DNA of 63,828 nucleotides, counting the filler, from Octopus bimaculoides (lineage: Eukaryota), in NCBI RefSeq assembly GCF_001194135.2. It is 9 parts of 9 records of this genome, joined end to end, with 100 filler letters (N's around TTAATTAATTAA, not from the genome) between each part and the next. Parts side by side here need not be neighbours in the genome. Positions count along the whole stretch, not along the records: positions 1 to 22,660 come from NC_068981.1; positions 22,761 to 32,218 come from NC_068989.1; 7 more parts are not named here. The stretch is one strand, 5' to 3'. A program made the translations under genes and the position numbers. Each line of letters starts with the position of its first letter. Positions within the stretch are counted from its first letter, which is position 1. Shown here piece after piece: positions 11,544-24,300 of this stretch. The notes beneath the pieces were generated by a model, which had not been told where the DNA came from, did not search any database, and worked only from the letters and a program-made list of their open reading frames with translations.

Positions 11544-14019
11544 TCATTTTCCTTTATTTCATAGAATTATATCTTTTTATTGTCCAGGTAGCTAAATGCC
11601 ACGAGACGTAATATATCGCCACAAATTTTCTAAATGTTATGCTTGTATTACACAAATTTATATTTTTCACATTTCTCCACCTTTTTCTTGTCTGTCTGTC
11701 TCTGAATCTTTCACTTCTCTCTTTATCACCTCCGTTTCTCTCTCTGTCTCACTCTTTTGCTCTCCCTATTTATCTCTTCACCTTCGCCTATTTTTCGCTG
11801 TCAGTTTCTTTTTGTTTCTCTCTCTAAATCTTTATTCCTTTCTGTCGTTATTTTATTCATTCATTTCCATGTTTTTATAGTTGATTTATTTCTGTCTAGC
11901 TCTTATCTTCTCGTATTCCACTCACACACGTGAAAATGTTATTCTCGTACATGAGTGCGAAAATATATCCTGCTTTTGTTTATAATAGTAGGAGGCGACA
12001 GTTAAGTTTCCAGAGATTCAGCAACTGGAGATGATTTTAACCCGAGAGTTGCGTTTCTATGGAAATATGTACAGCGTTTAGCTGTTTTCCTTATTTAGGT
12101 ACCAACCTGTCTGTCTTTATGTTTCCATATTGCTTTTGCAATATTAGCTTGGTTTGGTTTGGCTTGGCTTATTGCCGAATAGAAGCTAGTTGCAGTGATA
12201 TTAACCTAACTATTGTATTTGTACTAAACTTACCACCACTAATTCACTACTTCAACCTTTATTCGGCTCATATTCTGCATGACAACATGGAATTTATAAT
12301 TCTCGGCTAAAAGCTTGGCATATTTGCTTAAGCAGTGACTGGCTCCCAGATTTCTTGAATTTGCTTAGAGTTTACAGCCGACATTTTCCATGAACGAGTA
12401 AAATTATGTCATATTTATGCATTTTTGAACTTAACGGATGTCTCCTCTGGGCAAGAAGCAGCCAGGTTGAACAACAAATGCTTCAAAACTCGACAGCTTA
12501 TAAAAGAAGCTGAAGGGTACTACGTGCATTTTAACTCACCATAATATTATTGTATTCAACATAATACATGTTACCAAAACAAAACTTGTTCTAACATCAA
12601 AGATTAGCAATCAACAGCTTGCAGACAATAACAAATAATAGGCATTTGCAAATGTAATATACGTGCCCTTCAAACTGTCTGCACGACCGCTAAGAGTGCT
12701 ATGGAAGATTTGTCAATGTGCTTATTCTTAAATCAGTAATTTGTTTGCAGTTGCTATTATGTACGCTTCCTAATAAACTTTACAGCTGTATTTATAGTCA
12801 ATCATAGTTGTATACTCAAATTTAAAACTCTTGGTCTGTTGCTAGTCATTGCATGATGTAATTTGTACTTTTGTTGTTGCTTAGTCCCAAATTAACCTTC
12901 ATCCAACAACTTTGTGATCAAAGTCGATCCAGCCAAGACTATCTCGTCTTTCTGCCGAAGATACTATTTACTATTTCGTAGTATTTCTTATCAAATGTGT
13001 CCTTTTTAAGAGAGGAGTACGTGATCTGGTGGAGATAGAAATTACTGTTATTTCACGCTGGTCGAGAGTTGAAATAGTGGTTCTCTCCAATGTTCTTTCC
13101 TTTTTTTTTCTTTTTTTACCTATCGTGATGCTAAAAATATACAATTATGATTCTATAGCTTTTAGTATTTGACTGTATTTTCATTTGTCGAGAAAGTTAA
13201 TAGAGAAACCAAGCGATGATATTTAGCTCAAAAGCATAATCCCATGTGTCAAAAGTTATACTTTGGCAGAGGTCTTTTCTGAGGCGATTCTCAGTTTGTT
13301 TACTGAGCTTTCGCATATAAGTGTTGAAGGAAATCGATGCTCATACAGAATTTCTATAGAAACTGAATCACATGTAAAGTAATTTCTTCTGTTATCATTT
13401 CAAATGTTTACATCTGTGATACAGAGTTTCAGTGCAATTCATCGGAAAGTAATACAAGTTGTTGAGATGAGATGCTCCCACATTCCTTAAACAAACTAAC
13501 TGCGAATAACAAAGATTTTGTCAATATTTTACTAGACATCGGATCTTTTATAAATCTATCGAATAACCTTAGAAGACACACATTGACCTAGTACGAAAGT
13601 GTTTCTTATTTACATGTTTTGATAAAGCCATCAATGTAAAGAACATACACATGAAAAATAATATTAGCTTCTCGGCGACGCGGTTTTCTATATCTACGTA
13701 AATTAAGTACTAGGATCTGAATTCTGTTACATATTCTGATATTTGATCTATTTCTTGCTTTAGATAATTTCTTAATTCACAACCTATGAACGCTATTATG
13801 GTTACCTTTGTCATTCAGGATAGTACATCAAATACAATTTAGATATGGTAAACATGCAATAAAATCTTCAAGATTAACAAACAATACTTGAGAAGAGTGT
13901 AAGATATTTACAGAACTTATGCTATTTATAAGAACTTCCCTATGTCTATCCTTATAAGTCACCTGTGGATATCTTTGCCGTTATGAAGTAATCTGCCAAT
14001 GCTTTTTAAGGTGCGTTAG

Positions 14020-14450
14020 AAATGGCCCAAGCTGGTACAATCGGTACCAAGCCGGACAAAATTCTTAGCAGCACTTCGTCCATCTTTACATTTTCAGCCC
14101 AAATTCCGCCGAGGTCCCCATCGCCTTTCCTCATTTCGAGGTCAATTGAATAAGTACCAGTTGAAAACTGGGGTCGATGTAATCGACTTAACCCTCCCCT
14201 AAATTGCTGGATTTGTGCCAAAATTATTACTACAATCATAATTATTATTATTATCATTATAATTATTATTCAAACAACAAGCTACGAGAATCGCTAGTAC
14301 GCCGGACAAATGATTAGAGGCACTTCTTTCGACTTTACGTTGTGAGTTCAAGTGTCACCGAGGCCAACTTTGCCTTTCGTCAATCGGGTTCAATGTAATC
14401 GACTACACCCCTCCCCCAAAATTGCAGGCATTGTGCCTTTAGTAGAACGA

Positions 14451-14451
<1 letters not shown>
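14020..14451 (+). mobile_element. Two tandem decayed SINE family A copies
   Basis: aataagtaccagttg..ggggtcgatgtaatcgac core at ~14150 and a second head/tail at 14278-14451. Confidence 0.8.
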
Positions 14452-14507
<56 letters not shown>

Positions 14508-14542
14508 GTTGTTGTTGTTGCTGTTGTTGTTGTTGTTGTTGT
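14452..14542. repeat. (ATT)n(GTT)n compound microsatellite (SINE tail)
   Basis: Direct. Confidence 0.95.
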
Positions 14543-14544
14543 TT

Positions 14545-15380
14545 TACCTATCAGAGCACTTGGTCTTGTTTGCTCTGGTTGATTCTTTGAGAACAGATAG
14601 CAGCCTGTTGTCAGAGGTCTCCTAACTTGTTCAGTTTTCAGGCTTCTATCCTAGTCAGAAGTCTTCACTTTATTTTGTAATCTTCTTTTCCACATTTGCT
14701 CTTTTTTACTCTTTCGTATGAGATATTTAATCTTCTGGTGACCACTATCCCTCCTGCATAGATCAATAATATTGACAATCTTTTTCTTACTTCTTTACTC
14801 ATTACTTCTTGCAGCTCATCTGAAATCTTCTGATCTTCCTCACATAAATCACTTAGATCATTGGTGCTAGTTGTCCCTTCTTTACTAGTAGCGCCATTAT
14901 TATTTTTACCTTCAGGTTCTTCTTTGGTTTGAGTCGTATCTCTTATGATGTTGTTAGTCTTTCCAACTGCCTGGTCTTTCTTTTCCAGTTCTCTTACGAG
15001 CTCTGCTACTTTCAATTCTATCGTCCAATTTTTTCTCCTAATGGCATTAGCTTGATCTGCTAATTTTTGCTCACTCATCTTAAACATACCCTTCTCTACC
15101 CAAAGTGTTAGCATCCGTTTTCTATAGCCCCTTCTTTTGGATTCACTTTCTAAGTAGCACTGCATCACAATCTTGTTTTCTTCGTTGATCCACTTCCATC
15201 TCCTGCTCTGTTATCTGCTGATGCTGTATTAGGATAACAGCTGTGGTCAGTCTGCATCTTTACTGAACCACTGCCGAGCGGGAGGCCTTCCCTTAAACGT
15301 CCAGCTCCATTTTCGCTATTACAACCAGAGTCTCTTCGGAAACTCCTCTCTCATAAACTGTGGTAAAGTAAGGTTCGGCA
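14545..15380 (-). mobile_element. R4/Dong-type RLE LINE, N-terminal fragment
   Basis: WKWINEENKIVMQCYLESESKRRGYRKRMLTLWVEKGMFKMSEQKLADQANAIRR, typical of the R4/Dong ORF N-terminus. Confidence 0.8.
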
Positions 15381-15399
15381 CCATAGTCATCACCACTAT

Positions 15400-16480
15400 T
15401 ATTTTTCGACATCTGAAAATTTCAAGCAACTTACAATTGCATCATTTGTTGTTTACAAAATCATGGGAAGGTAAAAAAAAAAAAAAAGGAGAAAGACAGA
15501 GAGAAAAGGGAAAAAACAAAAAAAAGGGGAAAAAATCAAAACAAAAAAGGGAAAAATCAAAAGGAAAAGGAAAGAAAATTCACAGCAACAATGCTCTTCT
15601 CAATACTTGTGACGTACCTGCTAAAACAATCTTTTGCACTTCTTGCATGGATGATAAGTCAGGGATCATCGTCAAATAATTTTCTGCTCTTTTTTGATTA
15701 TTCCAAATTTCTTTACAATGGCTGGCATTGTAACCGTCTCGAGATGCCACATTTCAATCAGAAAATCTTCATATTTTCTGAGCTTATCAGATTCTTTTGC
15801 CGAGATATTATGACCACAAGATATACTCATGTCAATCAATAAATAAATGTTCTTGTTTTGGTCTTTCACAGCAATATCTGGCTTATTAGCTTTGATGCTC
15901 CGGTTTGGATATACTGGAAAATCTCAAAGAATCGTTACATTTTCTCTTTAAGTTACAGCCTCAAGGTGGTGACTGTATCATCTGTCAGCAGTTTTGATCT
16001 TATAATGTCGACATATTATCCTGTGTAGTTGTTGGCCAACATTGTCATGTCTTGATTTATACTCAACTGAAAGGTGGCGAGCTGGCAGAAACATTAGCAC
16101 ACCGGCCGAAATGGTTAGCGGTATTTCGTCTGCTTTTACGTTCTGAGTTCAAATTGCGCCGAGGTCAACTTTGCCTTTCATCTTTTAGGGTCAATAAATT
16201 AAGTACCAGTTGTGTACTAGGGTCGATCTAATCGACTGGCCCCTCCCCAGAAATCTCGGGCCTTGTGCCTAGAGTAGAAAAGATTTATACTTAACTGGTG
16301 CTAAAACCTTACACTCAGATATTAGGTGGTTCACTGTTGCAATCTCATCGTTGCAGTATCGGCATTTTAGGTCTGCTCCATTTTTCATCACATTGGCTTG
16401 ATAACCCCGGGTCAATAATTTCTGATCTTATGTGGCTGCACGTGTTCTTCGCTGTTCTGACCAGTTAGCAGCCGAAGACA
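15400..16480 (-). mobile_element. R4/Dong-type LINE 3' fragment (CCHC plus RLE), interrupted by SINE A
   Basis: LLTRGYQANVMKNGADLKCRYCNDEIATVNHLISEC; KPDIAVKDQNKNIYLLIDMSISCGHNISAKESDKLRKYED; QEVQKIVLAGTSQVLRRALL*. Confidence 0.85.
16070..16282 (+). mobile_element. SINE family A, full copy with 15-bp TSD
   Basis: TSD ATTTATACT(C/T)AACTG at 16055-16069 and 16283-16297. Confidence 0.93.
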
Positions 16481-17051
16481 CAGAAACGCTAATATACCCC
16501 AACAGAAATAACTACCGTTTAAAAACTGGAATATCTACAATTCTCCGGCAGTACTTAAACTTTCCTTGAAAATAAGTTTAAAAACTTGTCTATCTACTGT
16601 ATTCTCTGACTGGACACACAGACGATCACATTTAAAAACTATAAAATTTTAATATATACAATTTTCTGTGAATATCTAACCTTTCCTTTCTCCCTGATTA
16701 TTCGAACATGTAAACATTCCTTTTATTGCAAGAACACTATTAAACGCCTCCAGCGATCTTACTTTAGCGATTTCAAAATAAGTTACTCACTGTAAGTACA
16801 TAATCCTTTAATTTCTCCTAGCGTCTCGAACACGCAGACACCCCTCTCTCATATCCAGGAAAATTTTTAGCTTCTCCAAACACTTTCCAGAACTGATAAA
16901 CATGCAGGAGATAAGCAACTGTCAATATTTACCAACTGTACAATTACAAAAGTTTTAAACTATTGCAAAACTTTTAAAAAGAAAAGAAAATTAAACAGTG
17001 TAAATATCAGTGTGAGCATATATAAACGTGTGTGTATCATTTTTTTTTTCT

Positions 17052-17438
17052 GTTGTTGTTGGCACTCCGTCGCTTACGACGTCGAAGGTTTCAGTTGATC
17101 CGATCAACAGAACAGCCTGCTCGTGAAATTAACATGCAAGTGACTGAGCATTCCACAGACACGTGCACCCTTAACGCAGTTCTCGGGGATATTCAGCGTG
17201 ACACAGTGTGACAAGGCTGACCCTTTGAATTACAGGCACAACAGAAACAGGAAGTAAAAGTGAGAGAAAGTTGTGGTGGAAGAGTACAGCAGGGTTCGCC
17301 ACCATTCCCTTCCGGAGCCTCGTGGAGCTTTAGGTGTTTTCGCTCAATAAACACCAACAACGCCCGGTCTGGGAATCGAAACCGCGATCCTATGACCACT
17401 AGACCGCTGCCCTAACCACTGGGTGATTGGGCCTCCAC
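17052..17438 (-). mobile_element. SINE family B, full copy
   Basis: tRNA-like head with A/B boxes, (AAC)n tail; TSD TCA(T)nCT at ~17037-17051 and 17439-17452. Confidence 0.93.
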
Positions 17439-18059
17439 TCATTTTTTTTTCTATTAGTAATTAAAACTGAACAAGGTGAGCTGGTTCTTTCCAAGGTCAC
17501 CGCGCCCATTGATCACTGCGATATTAAACACATATTTGACATCTGCTGCAGAGAGTGTCCGCTCCTTTTGCCTTTTGGTTGCACAGGAATGCGAAGCCCC
17601 ATTATCGGTCTTGTCACCATCTGCTGAATCTCTTTACAGACCGGTGGTATTTGCCTGTGTTCACCAAGCTGCTTCTCTTCCTCCTATTATCCCCTGCTCT
17701 CACGTAGTTATGATTATCTTAAGTAAAAGGCAAAGGTCGAAACTAAACATATAATAGGATGCAGACTTAACTAAATTCTATAGCGACTCATAACAACGAT
17801 GATAACGGCTACAAAGATTGGTCACAATGATAAAGACCACAGCCGTATTGGCGCTAACTAATGATGGACACTGGTGTTGTAATGGTAAGGTAGAAGTAAT
17901 TGTAATAGTAATAGTGACGGAGTTGACTGTTGTGGCAGAGATAATAACCGTCTGTCACACAGGGTTCAGTACCGATAAGTTTAATGTAGCACAAAAGTGT
18001 GTTAGAAAACAGAAAGGAAAACTACACCACAACACCAAATCTCTTGTCCTATGATTAAT

Positions 18060-18270
18060 CTGCAAGCCAAGCGCGTCCCTCAGGAGAGAGACGGGCTGGA
18101 GTCGAAAAGTCATCCCACTGGCACAGACACTTCTCTGAAGTCACTTGAACGGAAACTACCCCAACTAGAGCCTTCCAAGTTCACCACCACAGCCACCACA
18201 GAAAGAAAAATGTAAGAGGATAAAATGGACCCGAGAAGAATATAGAGAAGTTATATACGCTTGTTATAAT
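18060..18270 (+). mobile_element. R4/Dong-type LINE N-terminal fragment
   Basis: RIKWTREEYREVIYACY motif. Confidence 0.55.
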
Positions 18271-18349
18271 TATGATTATCATTGTTATTATTTCCATATA
18301 CACACAACAGATTAGACTGTTGGAAAGGAAAAAAATCCTAACATGGGGC

Positions 18350-18649
18350 TACAAGTAATCTTAGATGCCAAGAACCCTCCTAAGTATCCTAATAACACTG
18401 TTTCCTGGAACTGTATTAACCTGGGTTTTATGCTATTTCCATCTGTTTTTCATCATTTGAGGCTGTATAGTCAATTATCTGACACTTCCTATTCTCTTTA
18501 TCTACTGCTACTATTAAATAGAAACTAGAAGTCTACTAAATAGAAACTAGAAATAGAAACTAGAAGTCTAAATGTTAAAGTCCCACAGCATCTTATATTT
18601 CTTACTTTCTAGTACTTTACTGGGTTCATGTACATACCATTTATCAGTA
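18350..18649 (-). mobile_element. R4/Dong-type LINE RLE fragment
   Basis: DKWYVHEPSKVLESKKYKMLWDFNI and IVAVDKENRKCQIIDY motifs. Confidence 0.7.
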
Positions 18650-18915
18650 TTAGGTCGAGTAGCCGATCCCGCTCAAAGGTTCCCTAAATAAGGGTTGTTT
18701 ATGGATGATGAACAAAACACCCATGTTTCCAAAGGTGAATTATCCAAACCCCAAAGAATTCCTCTCAACACATGGCTATGACGCTCCCCCACTACTTCTG
18801 CTCGTGATAAGAGATACACATATCGTCAGCCATTGAGGGACATGCTCAACTGGTTACGGTCGAGCAACTGACAAGCAATCTGTGGTACTGAGCAGAATAT
18901 TTGCTGTAGCCCATC

Positions 18916-18918
<3 letters not shown>
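18650..18918 (-). mobile_element. TAA-associated interspersed repeat (element X), 5'-side half
   Basis: 18650-18703 overlaps 55415-55461; abuts (TTA)n at 18918. Confidence 0.65.
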
Positions 18919-18984
<66 letters not shown>

Positions 18985-19050
18985 CATGATCATGATAATC
19001 ATCATCTTGATCATCATCATCATCATCATTATTATTATTATTACTATTAT
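18918..19050. repeat. (TAT)n/(CAT)n compound microsatellite
   Basis: Direct. Confidence 0.95.
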
Positions 19051-20639
19051 TAACTGGAGAAGGAGTCATGAATTTTAATCGTTCTGCTGAATTAATATAA
19101 CTGTCAACAACATTATTTATTTAAACATTTTTCTCCAGTTGTGCTCTGCCTTCTGGCAGCAGATGTTGCTTTGGTTCTCTAGTTTTTTTGGCACAGTATG
19201 TATATCAAGGAGTCTCTTCTCATCTTCGAAAAGTATTATTTCAAAAATCTATTCTTTTAAAACAAAATATTCCATTCAACGTGGCGTCATTTGTTTACAC
19301 AAACGAAAAAGAGGGTCGTGCAAGAAGGAAAAAAGAAAGGTCGAGGAAAACGTCAGTCTCTTCTAACGGAAAAAAAGACAAGTATGCTATTTTCACCCTA
19401 TAATTTTAACATCCTTTGATGGCAGCGATGGCATTACAGCTACCACTACCGTCACCAACAACACCTGTTCCAGCTATCTTGAAGCCAGTGCGACGACGTT
19501 GACAGTAAGAGATTAGCCACAGAAATTTAACACTCTCAAAAGAAGAAAATACCAACAATAGTAACAACAATATCTACACGACTACGGTAAAAATATACAG
19601 GCACTGACAGCATGAAAAATAGCTTTGGCTACAAATCCTATCCTCGAAAAGGATTATCTGAGCATCTAAACTAATTACCGAAGCAATCTAAAACCGATGG
19701 CTACGATTATATAATGAAAGAACTAATATCACTTCCGGAAAATAATTATTGAAGGAGGAGACGGTCAAATGCTTTATGATGCATCTCGTAGAATATTCAA
19801 ACGTATCATATTCCCATCTCCGCAGAGCCAGAAAATGCCACCAAGTATTATGGTATACTGTATGTCACGGAAGGAAACGAAAGCGTAACGGCTCAATAAA
19901 ACAGTAAAAAGTGATCGAATAAGATGGGAATCGGACAAACTGAATTTCTAACCCCCGTAGATGCAGTAGTGGATATCTAGGATCACGCTGCATGAAATGA
20001 TGCTGGAGAAGTATGACGAAGCAACTCACTACCAAATCAACGTTCAAAGTAAAGTGATGGAAAAAAAAATTGCCTGAGTACTACAACTTAGCAAGGATCT
20101 GAAAACCTAGCAAGGATCTCCAGCTTCGCTTGCTTCAAGTGTGGGTTGTAATGTGACGTTACGGTGAAGAGCATTGTAGGCAAAATTCTACAAATGTGTT
20201 GCAAATGTGTTGCAAAAATGCCATAATCTTTCTCTACAGTGAATGCCCCTAACACAAAACGGCGACAACAGAAATCTACAGGACTGGAAGCAGCGGCATC
20301 ATGACCATGAATTTCCGTAGCAGTAAGAAAGCTCTACCAAAACGGCACGAGGCAATGCTTATGCGAGAACGACACCATGAATACTATCATCTTAAAAGAC
20401 AAAAGGTTGGGCATGCATATTACTATAAACAAAAGCAAAAACGCAAAATTACAAAACAGATAGAGGCAGTACAGATAAAGTCAATGGGTGCTGACATACC
20501 GCTATACCTTATCAGATACTTCTATTGCTCAGGCAGAATATTTTTTTCCTATAGACGTAAACCCTGGGGTTTGCGCTATGTATTTATCTGCATTTTGCTT
20601 CTTTTTTCTCTCTCTCACACTTTAAGCACTTATTATTAT

Positions 20640-21050
20640 AAGTGTTTCTGATTTCAAGTACCACATTCAGGTTATTTCTGTTTCCAGATCTTTGTATTTT
20701 GGTAGTTTCTTTATTTCTTTTACAGATGTCTTGTCATCTTTTGGGACTGGTATGTCACTTCGGATGCACGTCTATACCTTGATACTTTTCTTACTGCAAT
20801 ACCTCGTCAATTAGCTTTCATTTCCCTATCTCTGTGTATTAGCCTCTCCCTGTATATGGTTGCTTTTTGATTTCCTGATACGCTTTTCTGGTGTATGACT
20901 GTGCTATGTCTTTTGTTTTAACTGGAGTGCTGCATTGACTTCGTTTTTGATCTTGGCACAATCGTTTCTTTTCGAAGAATTGTTGGCATTTTTGATACCC
21001 ACGGATTTTATCTAGTAATTGTATCGTTTGCAGGTTTAACTGTCTCTCTA
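20640..21050 (-). mobile_element. R4/Dong-type LINE 3' fragment
   Basis: IDV..PKDDKTSVKEIKKLPKYKDLETEIT*MW, an RLE D..KY.DL motif. Confidence 0.6.
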
Positions 21051-21256
21051 ATACTCCCTACCACTGTCTCTCTGTAGTCCTGCCTGTATCTCAGGCTTGC
21101 ATTCAATCTCTCACTCTCACTCTCACTCCTCCTTTTCTTTGTTTTGCATGTAATCATATTCGTAGTTACTTAATGTGTTCTCTCTATGAAGTTACTCTTC
21201 TTAGCTTTTTCTTACTTTTTATACATTCTCACTAACCCTTTCTTTCTTTCTTTCTT

Positions 21257-21309
<53 letters not shown>

Positions 21310-22064
21310 TTCACTTCCTAATCTCTGTTACTATGTCTCACTCTTCCTCTTCCTCTTTTTCTTTCGCCTTATAATCCTTCATTTTCCTTCGAACCACTAA
21401 CCTCCTGTGCATGATTGTTTTTTTTTATATTTTGTGTCCGTCGAAACCTCTGATATCACCGTGAAAGTTAATCAACAAAAATAATTAAAGTGAGTTGTTT
21501 TTTTGTTATCGTCCACCAGCTGCTGGTTTCTTCCTTATCGCTACGATTGCGGCCATCACACACATCATCACTAACATATTTCTCAACAGATGAACGCAAC
21601 TTGTGCCTCACTGATTCAACACCATCAATCATGGTTTATTCTTATGATCATCAGCACCATCGTCACCTCCGCCACCACCGCCATCATCCCTAGAATCATC
21701 ATCCCCAGCACCAGAACCCACCAGCACCAACATCCCCACTACCATCAACGCCACAACAAACACCATTATCATTGCTTTCGTCTTCATCTTTTAAATGCAT
21801 TCTTTTCTTGAAGATTTTAATAAACAAATTACACACAGAAAGCTTGGCAGCCATCTCCGCAAAGATAAACACTGATATGTGTGTGTGGCGTATTTTAGTG
21901 TGATGCGTCTTTGAATGTGTTTGTGTGAACGAACGTGAGTGCTGAAGAAGTTTATTAAGACAGAAGTATATATTCTCTGCTGTCCTCTGGTCTCCCGATA
22001 ATCAGAATGCTTTTTCCTTAATAATATATGAATTTTGAAGAATATATCTTTTATGTTCTATTTT

Positions 22065-22460
22065 TTTATTTGTTTCAGCCATTTGAGTGCGGCTATGCTG
22101 TGGCACCGCCTTGAAATTTCAGTCGGATGTATCTACCCCAGTACTTTTTTAAAAAATGCGTGGCACTTACTTTAACAGTCTCTACGAGGGCTAAACAGAC
22201 TAACACCGGTTGTCAAGCCGTGTTGGGAAATAAACAGAGAAAACAAACACACACACAAGCACACACATACACCCTCACACACACACAGAAACACAAACAC
22301 ATACACACACACACACACACACATACACACGACAATTTCCGTCTACTAAGTTCACTCACAAGACTTTGGTCGGCCTGAGGCTATAGTAAAAGACACTTGC
22401 CTAAGATGCCACGCAGTGGGACTAAATCCGGAAGCATGTCGTTGAGAAGCCTGATTCTTC
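22065..22460 (-). mobile_element. SINE family C, near full length with internal (CA)n
   Basis: CORE-like segment (gtggcatcttaggcaagtgtctttt-actatagcctc) plus 3' tail. Confidence 0.8.
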
Positions 22461-22704
22461 ACATTACATACACATTTTATTTGGAGGTGGTCCCAGTTGC
22501 TATCAACTCATTGTTCTACTTCGGTAATTATTTCAATAAATCAAAATTTATGTTGAACCTTATTTAATATACTCGTATTTGCTTTTGCAGTTCAAATATA
22601 TGCCATGCCACTGGGCTACCTGAGCAATTTGCCTTAGCTTGTTTTTCGTTTCATTTATGTNNNNNNNNNNNNNNNNNNNNNNNNNNNNNNNNNNNNNNNN
22701 NNNN

Positions 22705-22716
22705 TTAATTAATTAA
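22705..22716. other. Artificial scaffold linker TTAATTAATTAA (also 32263, 47747, 50321, 52895, 56865, 60068, 62671)
   Basis: Always centred in a 100-bp N block; palindromic six-frame stop. Confidence 0.95.
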
Positions 22717-22760
22717 NNNNNNNNNNNNNNNNNNNNNNNNNNNNNNNNNNNNNNNNNNNN

Positions 22761-22818
<58 letters not shown>

Positions 22819-23124
22819 GTGTATGTGTGAGTGTGTGTGTACGCGTACGCCTTTTTCTCGCTATTTTTTTGTTATCTGAAATCTATTAAGAAACGATCTG
22901 ATTTCTAACAAAGAAACCAAGATCCATCATTGGACATATTGGACTTTACGTAAGTCTTGTATTTATTCCACTGTTCTGCTTTCGGATTGTAATTGGCAAG
23001 TACGTATTAGCTGGTCATCTTCTTTGAAAAGTTTATATTTTCTAGACTATCAGTTAAACATTTGCCACCAAATACCCAAACATTTATTGGTATAAATGTG
23101 GATTTGTAATTAAGATAGAAGTAA

Positions 23125-24300
23125 AGCGACGAACTTGTAGAAACGTTAAGGCGCCGGACAAAATGCTTAGGGGCATTTCGTCCGTCTTTACGTTTTAACT
23201 TCTGCCGAAATCGACTTAGCCTTTCATCCTTCTGTGACTGATGAAATAAGTACCAGTTGAGCCCTAAATTTCAGGCATTATGCCCACAGCAGGGAGGGAT
23301 TATTAAGATAGAGGTGAGGCGGCGAGATGAAAGAATTGTTAGCACCTCGGACAAAATGCTTAACCAGATTCCTTCCGGCTTTGCGTTCTGAGTTCAAATT
23401 CCACCGAGGTTGACTTTGCTTATCAGGACTGTTGAGGGTCGGTAAAATAAGTATCAGTTGAGCACTGGGTCGATGTATTGGTCCCCTTCTCCAAAATTTC
23501 AGGCCTTGTGCCTACAATAGAAGGGAAGAAAAAAACTTATCTAAGATAGAAAAGCTATAGATTTTCAAGCAGTTGTCTATAAATATTCTTTTTGTTGGAA
23601 CAGCTAACCCGTATTACTTTGCATGATTGTTCTGTCTTGTCCCAAATAACTATCGGGTCAATATTGATGACACCCACCGAGGTCGATTTTGCTTTTTATC
23701 CTTTCGGGGTCGATAAATTAAATACCAGTTGCGTACTGGGGTCGATATAATCGACTGGTCTCCTCCCCGAAAATTTCGAGCCTTGTGCCAAGAGTAGAAA
23801 AGAATATTGATGGCACTTAGCAAAAGTTTTTGTAGTGAATGTTTTACCAATATTCTTTGTATTAATAAACATCTAAGTATTCTATAACAGATGTTAGTAT
23901 TTATCCGAGGTCAGCCTCGTTTTAGTAACAGAATCATATCATATGGGAATAGTACCTTGGTGTTCTAGGGTCAGCAGCTGATCCCGTGTGTAATATCTTT
24001 TTAGAAAAGTAACGTAACTGATATTTTCGGTCGCATCTTGAGAAGTGTTAAGGGCTTCACTGCCTTTCTTCATTAGCCATTACGGCGCTATCTCCTGCTC
24101 TCGAAGTTGAAAAACATAACCTTCGAGATGTGGCGTGATGGAACTGTCGCAATTCCAAGAATGACTGCGCTTCATACTAATATTTCTGGCGACCTCATTT
24201 TTACTAGAAAAATTAAGTACCAGTTGCGAACTGGGGTCGATCTAATCGACTAGACTCCTCACCAAAAATTTCGGGCCATGTGCCAAGAGTGGAAAAGGAT
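23125..24300 (+). mobile_element. Cluster of four SINE family A copies/fragments (23125-23300, 23315-23525, 23670-23810, 24200-24300)
   Basis: Repeated aagtaccagtt..ggggtcgat..atcgac core and cttgtgcc..agtagaaaag tail. Confidence 0.8.

Noticed and set aside
17500-17700. Cys-rich LCSRCQICV piece resembling a piggyBac C-terminus (minus strand)
   Set aside because: Too short and frameshifted; no TTAA/TIR or DDD core seen.
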